The notes under the pieces are model-generated. The model had not been told where the DNA came from. It searched no databases and was given only the letters and a program-made list of their open reading frames with translations. The translations under genes were made by a program, and so were the position numbers. This document shows positions 1 through 11,100 of a DNA stretch of 64,000 nt, in pieces. The DNA is from Phoronis australis (Eukaryota > Animalia > Phoronida), in contig NMRA01000026.1 of assembly GCA_002633005.1 (NCBI GenBank), forward strand, positions 1,632,710-1,696,709, in the 5' to 3' direction. The stretch's first letter is position 1. The number at the start of each line of letters is the position of its first letter.

Positions 1-199
1 TCATTTTTTAGTTATTTCATACGTATACCCTTTTACTTTAAGGAGCTCCCTCTAAGAGGTTGTCCACTCTTAGAAGTGGGCTCAAAGCATTTGGCCCTTA
101 TGCCCTCTTATAAATAAGTCACCAATCACAAAACCCTGAAATCAAAACTACTGCTCTTACCATAAGCAATAATGCTGTACGTGTTTATACAAAACTCAC

Positions 200-2131
200 C
201 AGAAGCAGCATTTAGTCTACATTGCCTGAGTGCACTAGTCAAGGACCAAATGGTGGCTTCACTTCCATTCGTATCCCACCATTTAAGCAACATCTGCCAG
301 GTCTGTTCTTTGACCTTTCTGACGTCATTATCTATCTCAGCTATTACAACCTCTTTGAGACCTAGCGCACGAGCCAGAAATTTCCAGTTTTTAAGGACTC
401 CAGCCTCTTCTATCAAAATCTGGAAGACTTCTTGACTGATTACTGAAAATCACAACATAAACATATCAAACGGGTCAACAACAAGAGAGCTGCAATTATG
501 TTCAAGTTCTGAGCAGCAAATTAAGAAAACTATGAACATTGTTATTCTACAACGTAATTCTTTAAACTTGATACATAAAATTCGATATCAATATCTGAGA
601 AATCATCAAGTTTAAGGGGCATAAAAGCATAATTGGGCAAAAATTAAATCTGTAGTGCAGTATTTTTAAGTTGATGGCTTTTTCCAAAGGAGAAGATCCA
701 CCAGCAATGAGCAAAAAGATACAAAACTTGCTTTTTTATGAATCATCGCTTAGCAAATCATCTCATTATAAACATTGCTTAACAATTGCATATGTGGCTA
801 TGGTTGAAATTGATGTGGGCAGGCGTTTTTTTCTTTAAATAGGTGAGCACAGGTCCCAAAAATAACTCAGGGTGCAGACCAGAACCAACTGCATATTTAG
901 GCTTTAAGTTAATTTCAGCAGTCTCCATAAGGGACAGCAAGATATTCAGGCTATCACCCTTGGTGAAGGTGACAAAAAAGTACATGTCAGGACAACACTG
1001 ATGTATGTTCGTAGAAAGTGATGTGTGCAGGCACAACCCAGCCTAACAACCAAAGGATGTGGAAACATTTCTATGGTTACGCCTCTATATTCCAGATGGC
1101 ATCCTTTAAACTCCAGACCATTGCTCTTAACTCCAAACATGCATTGAAAATGGACCATAAATGAAAAAGGATACGTGACAATGGAACAGCAAGATTCTGC
1201 TATTTATTGTGCATGTGTTGTATACGAGAAACGTTGTCTGACCCGAATGAAACCATAAAAAATTTACTTGTACTTTTTCTGCAATTTATTGTCACAGTTC
1301 TAAAACAAATTTCAATGTCCTGTCCAAAAATGACATTCGATTCAAAACCTCGAAAAATTATGCTATTTCAATACAGTAAACCTTTCACATTTCCCAAGTC
1401 AAAAATTGCTTGAAAATCAGGTCGGCTGAGTTCACTTTCAAGTCGAATTATGTTGACTGGTACAATTTTCAGGTCGATCCACTGCTCGTTATGTCAAACA
1501 ATGAATCTTCAAGTTTTTTACACCATATCACCTGTAAACTGAGGTTCCTCCGATGAACACTTTTCTGACACAACAGTGTTACGTAGCTGTTGACCAAGCA
1601 ATTGATGAGCGGGGTCTTTCATTATGGCATCACAGAAAGCCTAGTAAGAAGAAATGTGTACACGAACTTTAAACCTTTAAAAATATCCACAACAATACAA
1701 TGTTGGGTAGCCCATACCTACACCTGCCAATAAGCCACAGTAATGGTTGAATACTTTGTGCATTTTTGTACAAGAAGACATGGAAACAATGAAAGATTCA
1801 ACAAGGCAGCAGCAGTAATAATGTCTTCCATGCACTTCTTCTGTTACACGTCACCTTCCCATCTGTTGAATAGCTTTGATAATAGAAATGTGTCAGTTTT
1901 AGACACATCTTACAGAGCCTCATCATTTGTTAAATAAGGTCAGTAATTCAAAAATGTTTAAGCACAGCTAAATGACTCACAATGCAAGTTCTGTTTAAAA
2001 GCATTTTGCAGTGTTTAGTGGTATAATTCCATCATTTTGCACAAAANGTCATCTAGCAAATCTTCTACCTGAATGTTCATAATAATGGCTCTTCTGTTAA
2101 TTCTGAGGCGCCTCTTATCTGCTTCATCCAT
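200..2131 (-). CDS. CARD + death-domain protein (CRADD/RAIDD-like architecture), partial; continues beyond the last exon seen and has a gap at the N at 2047
   Basis: Minus-strand exons: 2131->2048 reads MDEADKRRLRINRRAIIMNIQVEDLLDD (CARD-like N-terminus; acceptor gtcttag just before the ATG; cut by 'n' at 2047). 1640->1532 reads AFCDAIMKDPAHQLLGQQL... (tag acceptor, G|gtgata donor). 442->200 reads ISQEVFQILIEEAGVLKNWKFLARALGLKEVVIAEIDND...QMLLKWW...ATIWSLTSALRQCRLNAAS, a death-domain pattern (W..LAR.LGL...I..I, MLL.W) with cag acceptor and G|gtgagt donor. Phases of the last two exons match (phase 1). Confidence 0.8.
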
Positions 2132-3181
2132 GACTAAGACAATTCTATTCACACCATCAGCTGGTTACCAATACAACACCACACAAGCACTCTGTAAGAA
2201 GATGAACCAGATGTATTATGAACACAACAAGTTTCAAAAAGAAAAAACACTACCAAATGTCTTGTTATACAACCAACAGGTTTCCCATTTCAATAATTTT
2301 TGATAGAGTAGATATCATTAATTTGCAGGAATCAATTACATTCATTAGCACCGGATGACTAATAAAACTATGAAAACAATACAGCCCATAAATGGGCAAC
2401 TCAACATTCACTTGGTGCTGTTAATGTGTACGGTAAAAATTTTCCCAACTTGGGACAGTCTCTAGAATTTGGGACATGGAAACTCTCGAAAAATTTGAAG
2501 TGGAACTTGCACGCTAATTCCTAATCTCTGTGATTGCTTGGTCAAATTAGTTAGAAGCACATGATGTAGCGATGATATGAACATGAAGTACGCTGAAAAT
2601 TGCGAATCTTTTTAAGAACTGCACTTTGCTTAGCATATATGATGTTCAAATAGCATTGTCATTTAGTTCCTGCTATACATTAGCATAGTTAGGAGCATGC
2701 AAATACATCTTTAAATTTCTCGATTCTGCATTTATTAACCTCTTTAAATGAACCACTATATGTAGCAATCAATTTCTGTCCACCAAATATTATTCACGAT
2801 CAAGCGGATGTTTTTTCGCTCTCATTACTCTAGAAAGTGCTAGTAAGGCAATATGAAAAGTCTAAGGTTGTAATTGCCCCTTGTGGCTTTTGAATAGCTA
2901 AGCCCGGAATGGAGAAATGTGTGAATGATTAATGAATAAGTATTTGGTGAATAAGATCGCCAATGTTTTGTAAAAGTTTAAGGTTGGGGTAAAATTTAAA
3001 TAGTCATGATTAGCTTTTAGTCATTACTGGCTAGTAGAGCAATGCCTTTTTTATGGACATGAAAGTGATCATTTGAGTGAACTTGACAAGTTTATTTCGA
3101 TCTTCCACGTTCACACATAACAGATTAATTAACCTGTTTAACTGTTAACACATCATTAACGGATTAAAACAATAAGTATTA

Positions 3182-4716
3182 CTGTATACGCCGTAATAAC
3201 CGCCCATGCCCTATAAGCGTCTCCCCACGCGTTTTCAGACTTTGCTAAAATAAGCGCCCAGTCCATGAACGTGTACGTGCAAAAAGTGCCTTACCTACCG
3301 TCCTAAAATTCTACAGTAACGTCTTCAATTTATCAATAATATCCGACAGTCCTGAAAAAATCATTGTGCGCAGAATTTGTATAGACCACGAGCCTCGCCG
3401 CTATGTCAGTATTTAGCTGTGACTATACACTTCAAACTTCCACAATGCCTCAAAAACGAACACAAAAGTTCTGCTGATATTGCGAGGACCAATGGCCTGT
3501 CCTTTCAGAACAGAAGTAGTGTACTTGTCTACGGTATTGCTCTGTAGATATTTCCCGCTTTCAAAAGGAATCCAAATTTCTTTGCAGGCCTACACGTGAA
3601 AACCGTGAATCGAAGACTAATAAAAAGCTTGGCCAGTGTTAAAAGCACTTGGCTAGGAAGCGCGCGCTACATACATGAACCTGTCATCAAAGACATTACC
3701 GTAGTCGGGAACTATCCATTCATGAAACGGGTAGCATAGCATCGGTAAGAAATGAATATTGGCACAAATTTCCGACAGTTTCTAATACTATAAAAAATGT
3801 TTGTGTTATTTTTAAGATGAATTGTTTGATTAACCATAATTGGTGTTTTTAAGCCAAATATCCGATAAAATGACCACTGAAAGTGAAAGCTTACATACCC
3901 TTACACCGAAAAATAACTGTCAGATAGTCACGTACACAGTATACAGTCACACGGCGACTAATATGGCCTTACCGAGACAAATGTCGAACGTTTTTAGAAC
4001 TTTTTAGTACATGAGACCTGCAAGTGCCGAATGAAACATGCTCTGGTTTAGGCCTACTGTTTGTGCAAATTTCTTTAGATACAATGCACATCTAGCTCGT
4101 TAGATTGCGTGGCTCTGACCAAAAGACGGTATCTGCTCTGGCAAATGAACTCTGGTGACACGTACACGCTCGCTTACTCACAAACGCAGACAACTTCAAA
4201 ACAAACGTCACGTGACAACAACATGTGTGTTCGTCCAGACATTTTTCTCATGTTGCCGATCATACTTGTAGATGGCACGATGTTGCACAGATTTGTACTT
4301 AAACCTGCCGTGATCCCAACTCCACGGGAACTTAAAAATCTTAGAGACGCTACTTGGAAAACTTAAGAGGATTTCAGGTAATTTGCTTGAGTCGAAACTG
4401 TATTTTTATTCAAGCATTCAAGTCACCATATCGACGATTGTGAGGCAGGCAGTCGGCGAGTTTTCGCCCTGGGATTTCAGCACAATTTTCTGTAAAATGA
4501 TCGTAATTTAGCAGCTAAGTTTGATAGCAATGCACCACGGTTTTGTAGAAAGTCTTTCATAGATTACAGATACGTCACAGAGCGTAACTATGATGAATCT
4601 TAGCTTCCGATTTCACCCGTTTCGAAGACCGGTTTCAACGGCCTTGGGTTATAATAAGCACACTACTTGAAACGAAGTTTTCTAAGAGTCCTGGGCGGTT
4701 ATTACGGCGAATACGG
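3182..4716. mobile_element. Non-autonomous Tc1/mariner-pogo-type DNA transposon (about 1.5 kb, TA target duplication)
   Basis: Left end ta|ctgtatacgccgtaataaccgccc (3180-3205) is the reverse complement, with 2 mismatches, of right end gggcggttattacggcgaatacgg|ta (4693-4718). TA flanks both ends; no transposase ORF recognised. Confidence 0.75.
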
Positions 4717-4916
4717 TAAGTCTAACTCTAAGTGGGATTGTCTGTGAATTCCCAACGTAAGTGAAAGAAAGTTGAAACAACAATTTGAAATAAAAAATTT
4801 TCAGTTTTGAATTTGAAAGCATGAAAAGACTACTCATCATCAATACTGACAGTGGCCACAAAATACGCACTGCTGCATCATCCTAGTCACCAAAAATACA
4901 AAAAACCTTGACTCAC

Positions 4917-5050
4917 CGTCATCAGCAGTCGTCTCCTCAAACTTTGTTGCTTTCTAGAAAGCGACGTCTAGTGGTGATAAAACCCGTGGTCTTTTCACAA
5001 AGACGAATCCCTCATCTAATATCTCTTGCTTCACTTAACAGTATTGAACT
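4917..5050 (-). other. Probable non-coding first exon of the CARD-DD gene (5' boundary approximate)
   Basis: Strong minus-strand donor ACG|gtgagt at 4917/4916. The ATG exon at 2133 is preceded by an acceptor, so an upstream exon is needed. Lies about 100-230 bp from the ECHS1 ATG. Confidence 0.45.
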
Positions 5051-5133
5051 TTTTTACCGTAAGAGCCTTTAATTCATGTTTTAGATACTTGTGTGCTTGA
5101 AAGTTACGAAAAATTAACTTGACCTAATTAGTT

Positions 5134-5160
5134 GGTCACATGATCACCAACATGGCTGCC
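5134..5160. promoter_or_regulatory. Core of a bidirectional promoter (E-box-like GTCACATGA plus YY1-like AACATGGC overlapping the ECHS1 ATG)
   Basis: ggtcacatgatcaccaacATGgctgcc, between the divergent CARD-DD first exon and ECHS1 exon 1. Confidence 0.45.
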
Positions 5161-8100
5161 TTCAAGAGAGTTCTTTCGTCTGGTTTGAGACATTTGGGAT
5201 CACAGTCAATTAAACCTTTTCAAACAAATTTCCGATGCGCGTCAGCCAGGTTAATGTCATCAGGTACAGCTTAAAAATTAATATGATGGAAGGCGAAGCC
5301 TTGTTGCGGGCAAAGGCATAGCAACTAGGCGGCTTAGTCCTAGGTCTTGAAGTCGGCCAAGACAGTGACCACCAAGCTGGACCGTCGTTGTAGTTGTAGT
5401 AGTAGTAGTAATAGTAGTAGTAGCAATCTTTATTTAGGAGTCCGTAAGGTTTAACAATGAAACAGTAGCACAAGTGCTATTACCCGAAAATTTTAAAAAT
5501 CTGCAAACTTATATTGCAAAAACTTTATTTTAACTACAAGTTAATTATACAGTACAGATAATATGCATAACTTTTAACATAAATACAAAGGTACGTGCAC
5601 ATATTATGGGATGTGTAGACATCTATTGCAGTTCTCACCACAGAAGTTCACAGAGAAAAAAATCATCAGCATGTCTGACAAATTCATTTGAAGCAGTACA
5701 TTGTCTCATTGCCGATGGCTATGAGTTCCATAGCAAAGTACCCTGTTGCCGGTTTGTGAGATTGAGTTACACCTGTAAGTCATGGTATCAAAACGTTTTA
5801 CATAGAGACAGTTTTCATATCTGAGATCGTATCTAGACTCTCTAAATTCAAGCTTTCCTGACAAAATGACAGGGTTCAATACCATTTTTGAATACTTCAA
5901 TAGATAAACATTTCATCTGCCATCTAGTTAGAGAGCAGCTCTTAGCCTTATCTAAGAGTTGCGAGTAGCTTGACTCACTGTCATTGAACACAAATTTTAA
6001 AGCACGTTGTTGTATCTTTTCCATTTTCTTACTTTTGTGTATTCCACATAGGTGCCAAATGAGGAGGCACTAAAATAGGTTCTGATAAATGCGCAATATA
6101 ACTTAAGCTTACTGTTAATGCCTAAAACATAAGAAGATGGAACAACGCGTTTATTTGTCTAGAAGCTTTTTTGCAGGTAATGTCAACGTGTTCATCAAAT
6201 TTTAACTTGCTGTCAAGTTGGACACTCAGCAGATTGATAGACTCTTCACATTCAATCACAGTATCACCAGACATGAGATACCTATCATTATTTACATGAT
6301 TCCTAGAAAAGATGTTAGCTAAACTAGAGATGGTGAAGCTCCTATAAGAGCTTTATACACTGGAAGCTTTTTGGCAAATTATGCCTCACACTGCTTAAAC
6401 CCTCAAAGTCACATTGTTATAAGTACCTTTTTGTGCATAGAGGGACACCTTAGGAAGCCGGCGATGTCTTTAATTCTTTCCAACTCGTGTACATACTCCA
6501 GTAATCAAACATTTTCTTTGGGAAGTCCTTCGTTCAGTTGCCCAAAGTGGCAACTGGCCATTTTTAGCTCTGTGGGTGCTCCTTTTGTTACCACATCCTC
6601 CAGGAGCACACTCAGTGTTAGAAATGGCCAGTTGCCAATTTAGGCAACTGAACGAAGGACTTCCCGAAGATAAAGTTTTGATTTCCAGAATATTTGTTTG
6701 AGTTAGAAGGAATTAAAGACATCGGCAGTCTTTTAAGGTGTTCCTCTATGCGCAAAAGGTGCTTATAATGACGTGTCTTGGATGTTTTAATCAGTGTGAG
6801 GCATAATTTGCCGAAAAGCTTCCAGCATATGAAGCTCCTATAAGAGCCATCTATACTTTTGCCAGCTACAGATGGTGGTCACTGTCTATAGACAGCCTAG
6901 CTAGCCAGCTACCTTTATGAATTGAAGACTATCATCTAAATACAGCTAGGAACCACTGTGTATTAAGCTCCAACAGACCTCGAAATTTCACACAGTCCTG
7001 GTAGTTCTGCTCGTCAACCCCTCTTGAAACTCATCAACATGTAGACCTAATGACCGGCGGGGTGCATGTAAAATCTGGGAGTCAACCGACACTCACCTTG
7101 CTGCCCGTTGCAGCCATTTAAGTGGAAAACAATTTAATAGCCATCATTTTCTTATATAATTTTCTGCCTATTGTAACAAAGTCGTTTTGAAAACGATGTG
7201 CTCGTGATGCACCTATGCTAATTTTTTGTGATGTTCTCCTGCTGAGAAGGCCATGGTTAACAATAATTTTGGACAGTTTGGACTACTGCACACCCTAGTG
7301 GCAGTTTGCTATTTTTGCATCCTCAGCTGTTTCTCCTAAGCCCTTGCAGGATCTTTGGGAAATTTAGCCCGTGTGTTGCTGTAAATGTGACGACTGATAA
7401 CAACTTTTGGACGTATCTGACTACCAATGTGCCTCTTAGTGACACTTATTTTTTTATGATTTTGTGTTCCTATTCAGGAGATCACTGTTGACTTGTTATG
7501 CACCCCTAGAGGCTATTTTGAGTTTACTAGCATTGTTTCTTTTAGTGGAAATATTTAAAATGATAATCATCCCTTGTATCTGCACTATATGTGATGGATA
7601 CAGTAAGCACTTATCAACGCTGTGCGTTGCTCTTGTTCCTAGTGCTAGCTAATTTATGTGAGTGTTTTCGTGTCTGCACTGCAATTGCTTTATTTTGTAG
7701 GTCCCTATGAGAACATAATTGTTGAGAACAAGGGAGAAAATGGCAGGATAGGTTACATCCAACTGAACCGTCCCAAAGCTCTGAACGCTTTGTGCGATGC
7801 ACTAATGGTTGAAATGGCAGATGCACTTGACAAATTTGATGCTGATCCCAGCACAGCTTGCGTGATCATTACAGGAAGTGAAAAGGCATTTGCAGGTCAG
7901 AATTGGACAGTGCTTCTGATGAACATTGCATGGTAGTAACATGATTGTCGTGTTCGAACACATTTGGAAATAATGAAACTGTAATAGTGTATTCTTTTGG
8001 TACTTGAATCTGGTCTGCTGAGCTGTATTTGCTTAATTCTTAGATCCTCGGAAACATCGTGCCTCCAATGGGATGATGTTGACTACTAGGGAACTGTAGT

Positions 8101-11100
8101 AATACGGGATTTCCTCAACATTCTCATTCCATGTAGATGACAATTAAAATCAGGTGCCACTTTGTACATGTTATTAAAAGAATGTTGTAGGGCTTGGATA
8201 CAGATAGCCTCCTGGACACTTCTGTCAAGCTATGTTTTTCTCTAGGCATGATCTCGACATTTTCGTTGCTAAACTCATGTGTTGTATCATGCAAATGGTT
8301 GTACACCACAGATGAAATTCCTACCCCATTCTGTATTGTTGGCAGTGCCAGCTCCTTATGAAGCACATTCACTACATGATGATGCAACAGTTGTAACTGA
8401 AAACATATTGTCTTGATAGTATTATGAATTACAATGATTGTAATATGTTTTGTTTGTTTGTTTGTTTGTTTAAACACGCGTGGAATTGCTGTTGTTATAT
8501 TTAAGTCCAGTCACTAACTGTTACTCTTATAAAGTGTCAACATTTATGTCTGAAAGTAAGTTGACACAAAATTTACATCTTTTGACAGTAGAAGTTTGTG
8601 ATAGAGCTTTTTGAACACCTTCACAGTTCTTGCTGTTTGTAGCTGGTGCTGACATTAAAGAAATGCAGAACAGGAAATTCAGTAAAGTGTATGGCGGGAA
8701 CTTTCTCAGTCACTGGGACAGAGTCTCCAGGAACGTGAAGCCTATCATCGCTGTTGTCAACGGTTATGCTGTAAGTGTCTTTGTCTGTCAACACTGGGTC
8801 ACTAGTCACTTGTTTTGCAGCCACTGTCATTTGTTAAGTATTTGGTCGTTTATGCCCCTGAGGTAGCACTTTTCGTGTTCTGTTATGTATATGATCCATC
8901 ACATGGACCAAAAAGTGTAAAACAATGTGTGATCGGGTGAGATCTGACGAGACTTCAGTCACATCAGAGACACAACGTACTAAAAATTTATACTATGATG
9001 GAACTGTTGAGAATAAGTGATAATTAATTCTGAATTTTTAATCTTTAGGAGATTGGGTTATTAGTCAGTCCTGCGTGTGCATTTTCATTGGATAACCTGA
9101 TCTATCAAAAGATGCTTCTTTCAGTAGAACAGTCAGTCGATGATACAGATGTTGCGTTCACAAGATGGAGTGTTCTAACAACCAAACTAAGACAATGTAC
9201 CCTAGTAAACAAATATTTGATTTTTAAGGTTGTCTGTGTACTCCCCAAGTACTGTGAAGATGTTGCTAGTGTATGGGGAGTATCTTGGCCTTGCATTTGA
9301 TATGAAACACGCACACCATTTGTTGCATTGAAACCAACTCTGTCTCACTTTTCAACATTTGAAGTGACTTTAAACCCCATGTTCCATTCAAGAAGCAAAC
9401 TTTTGATTTAGACCACTTACCACCATAAAATTGTTCTCAACTTATTCCTTTATGTACGTGCAAATTGATTTCTGGAATTGCAAAGAACTCGTAGTTTGTT
9501 ATTCCTCAGGACCATGTTTGGTGAATAAAATGACACGCTATGACAAGTCAACTTGTGGAGCCCAGACTCCAGCAATATGTGTCAGTTCTTTCAAATCCCT
9601 GAAATCACTTGCAACTTTACTAAGTAACAATTTGATACCAATTTTATAAGCATAAGTGGTATAAATCAAAAAATGGTTTTGTGACAGAGAGCAGGTTTAA
9701 ATTTACCAGGTAAAAAACATTTTGGCTGTAATTCAAATTTTTGAGGTGTATTCTTACTCAAAGCCACTACTGATTTAAACACTGTAATTGACCAGTAGTC
9801 TAACAATGATTTTTTACCATTTCAGTTGGGCGGGGGGTGTGAACTAGCCATGATGTGTGACATTATATATGCAGGACATAAGGCCAAGTTTGGACAGCCA
9901 GAAATCCTCTTGGGCACAATACCAGGTTTGTTACATGGGTTGGCATTATGCAGTAAGCAATGAATTGTATGCCAACCTTGAGGTCCCTCAAAGCGTGCTT
10001 GATCGGTGATTCAAAATAGAGTATAACATAGTTTTATGGCTGGGGTTGTGGCAGGATATCTTAGGTTTAAAGTGAGTTTGTCCCACTTCTACTAGTAGAT
10101 CTATTCTTCAATGCCATTCGTATAATCAAATGATGTGTATGTTTGCCCAATGATTAACCTGCTTGGAACATTCTGTAACTGCTCAATATGTAAGTTTCTC
10201 AACTGAGCAGGAGAAATGGTACAAAAGCGTCATCTTGTTGCACAAGATAGCTGGTCTATAGCACTTTAACATGGAAAATCTGACAAACCTGCTGGGCATC
10301 AGCTGAAGTGGGACAAAAATCCAGCTTGCTTCGTATCTCGTAAAATGTCTATTGTCCTTGGTTTTTAGCAAATTGGGTTTAATTTATTGGAATTCCTGTT
10401 ATCTTACTGTATTGTGCTGATTTCACAGGTGCTGGTGGTACTCAAAGGCTGCCTAGAGCTATTGGAAAGTCCAAGGCCATGGAGATGGTACTAACTGGAA
10501 GCCCAATAAATGCCGAGGAGGCAGAAAAAGCTGGTATGGTCACAGAGTGAAACCTGCCTGCACAAATATATGGCAGGAGCTCAGCTGCATTGTAGTCATT
10601 TGAAATTGTGCAAGAACCAACTGTTTTGTTGAAAAAGGTGATTTGAAAATTGACTTATCAATGTCAAAATTGCCTAAGTTACAGATTTTGAAGTTTTGTT
10701 ACAATAAGTGCACAAGAAATTTACGCTGCTGCAAGTTCCCATGAATCTGAGCGCCTTTTGATTTGTCAATACTGCTTACAAATTGTTCATTTAATAATGA
10801 AGTGTGATTAGTTGTTGTAGAACAAAGAGGAATGTAAGACCGGAGGGATACTCTCCTTTATTTTCACCAGTCCTAACAATTGAAAAATCTCACTAAAATC
10901 AAAGCATTTTGTAAATTACTGCCCTGTATATGTATTTATATGAAGTACAGTATTCACCTGTGTTGGTCGTTTTGTTGATGCACTATCAGAAATTCAAAAA
11001 TTAAACCTACAGATTCTGTAATAAATGTTCTGTTTATTTTTTAATGAGTGTGTCATGTTGATGGAGCATTTGTGAATACCTATTTTTAAATAAGCTTACA

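Noticed and set aside
4109-4366. 85-aa ORF inside the TA-flanked element as a transposase
   Set aside because: No DDE/D or HTH motif recognised.
5210-5473. ORF with a poly-tyrosine run
   Set aside because: Translation of the (TAC)n LINE tail, antisense to ECHS1 exon 1/intron 1.
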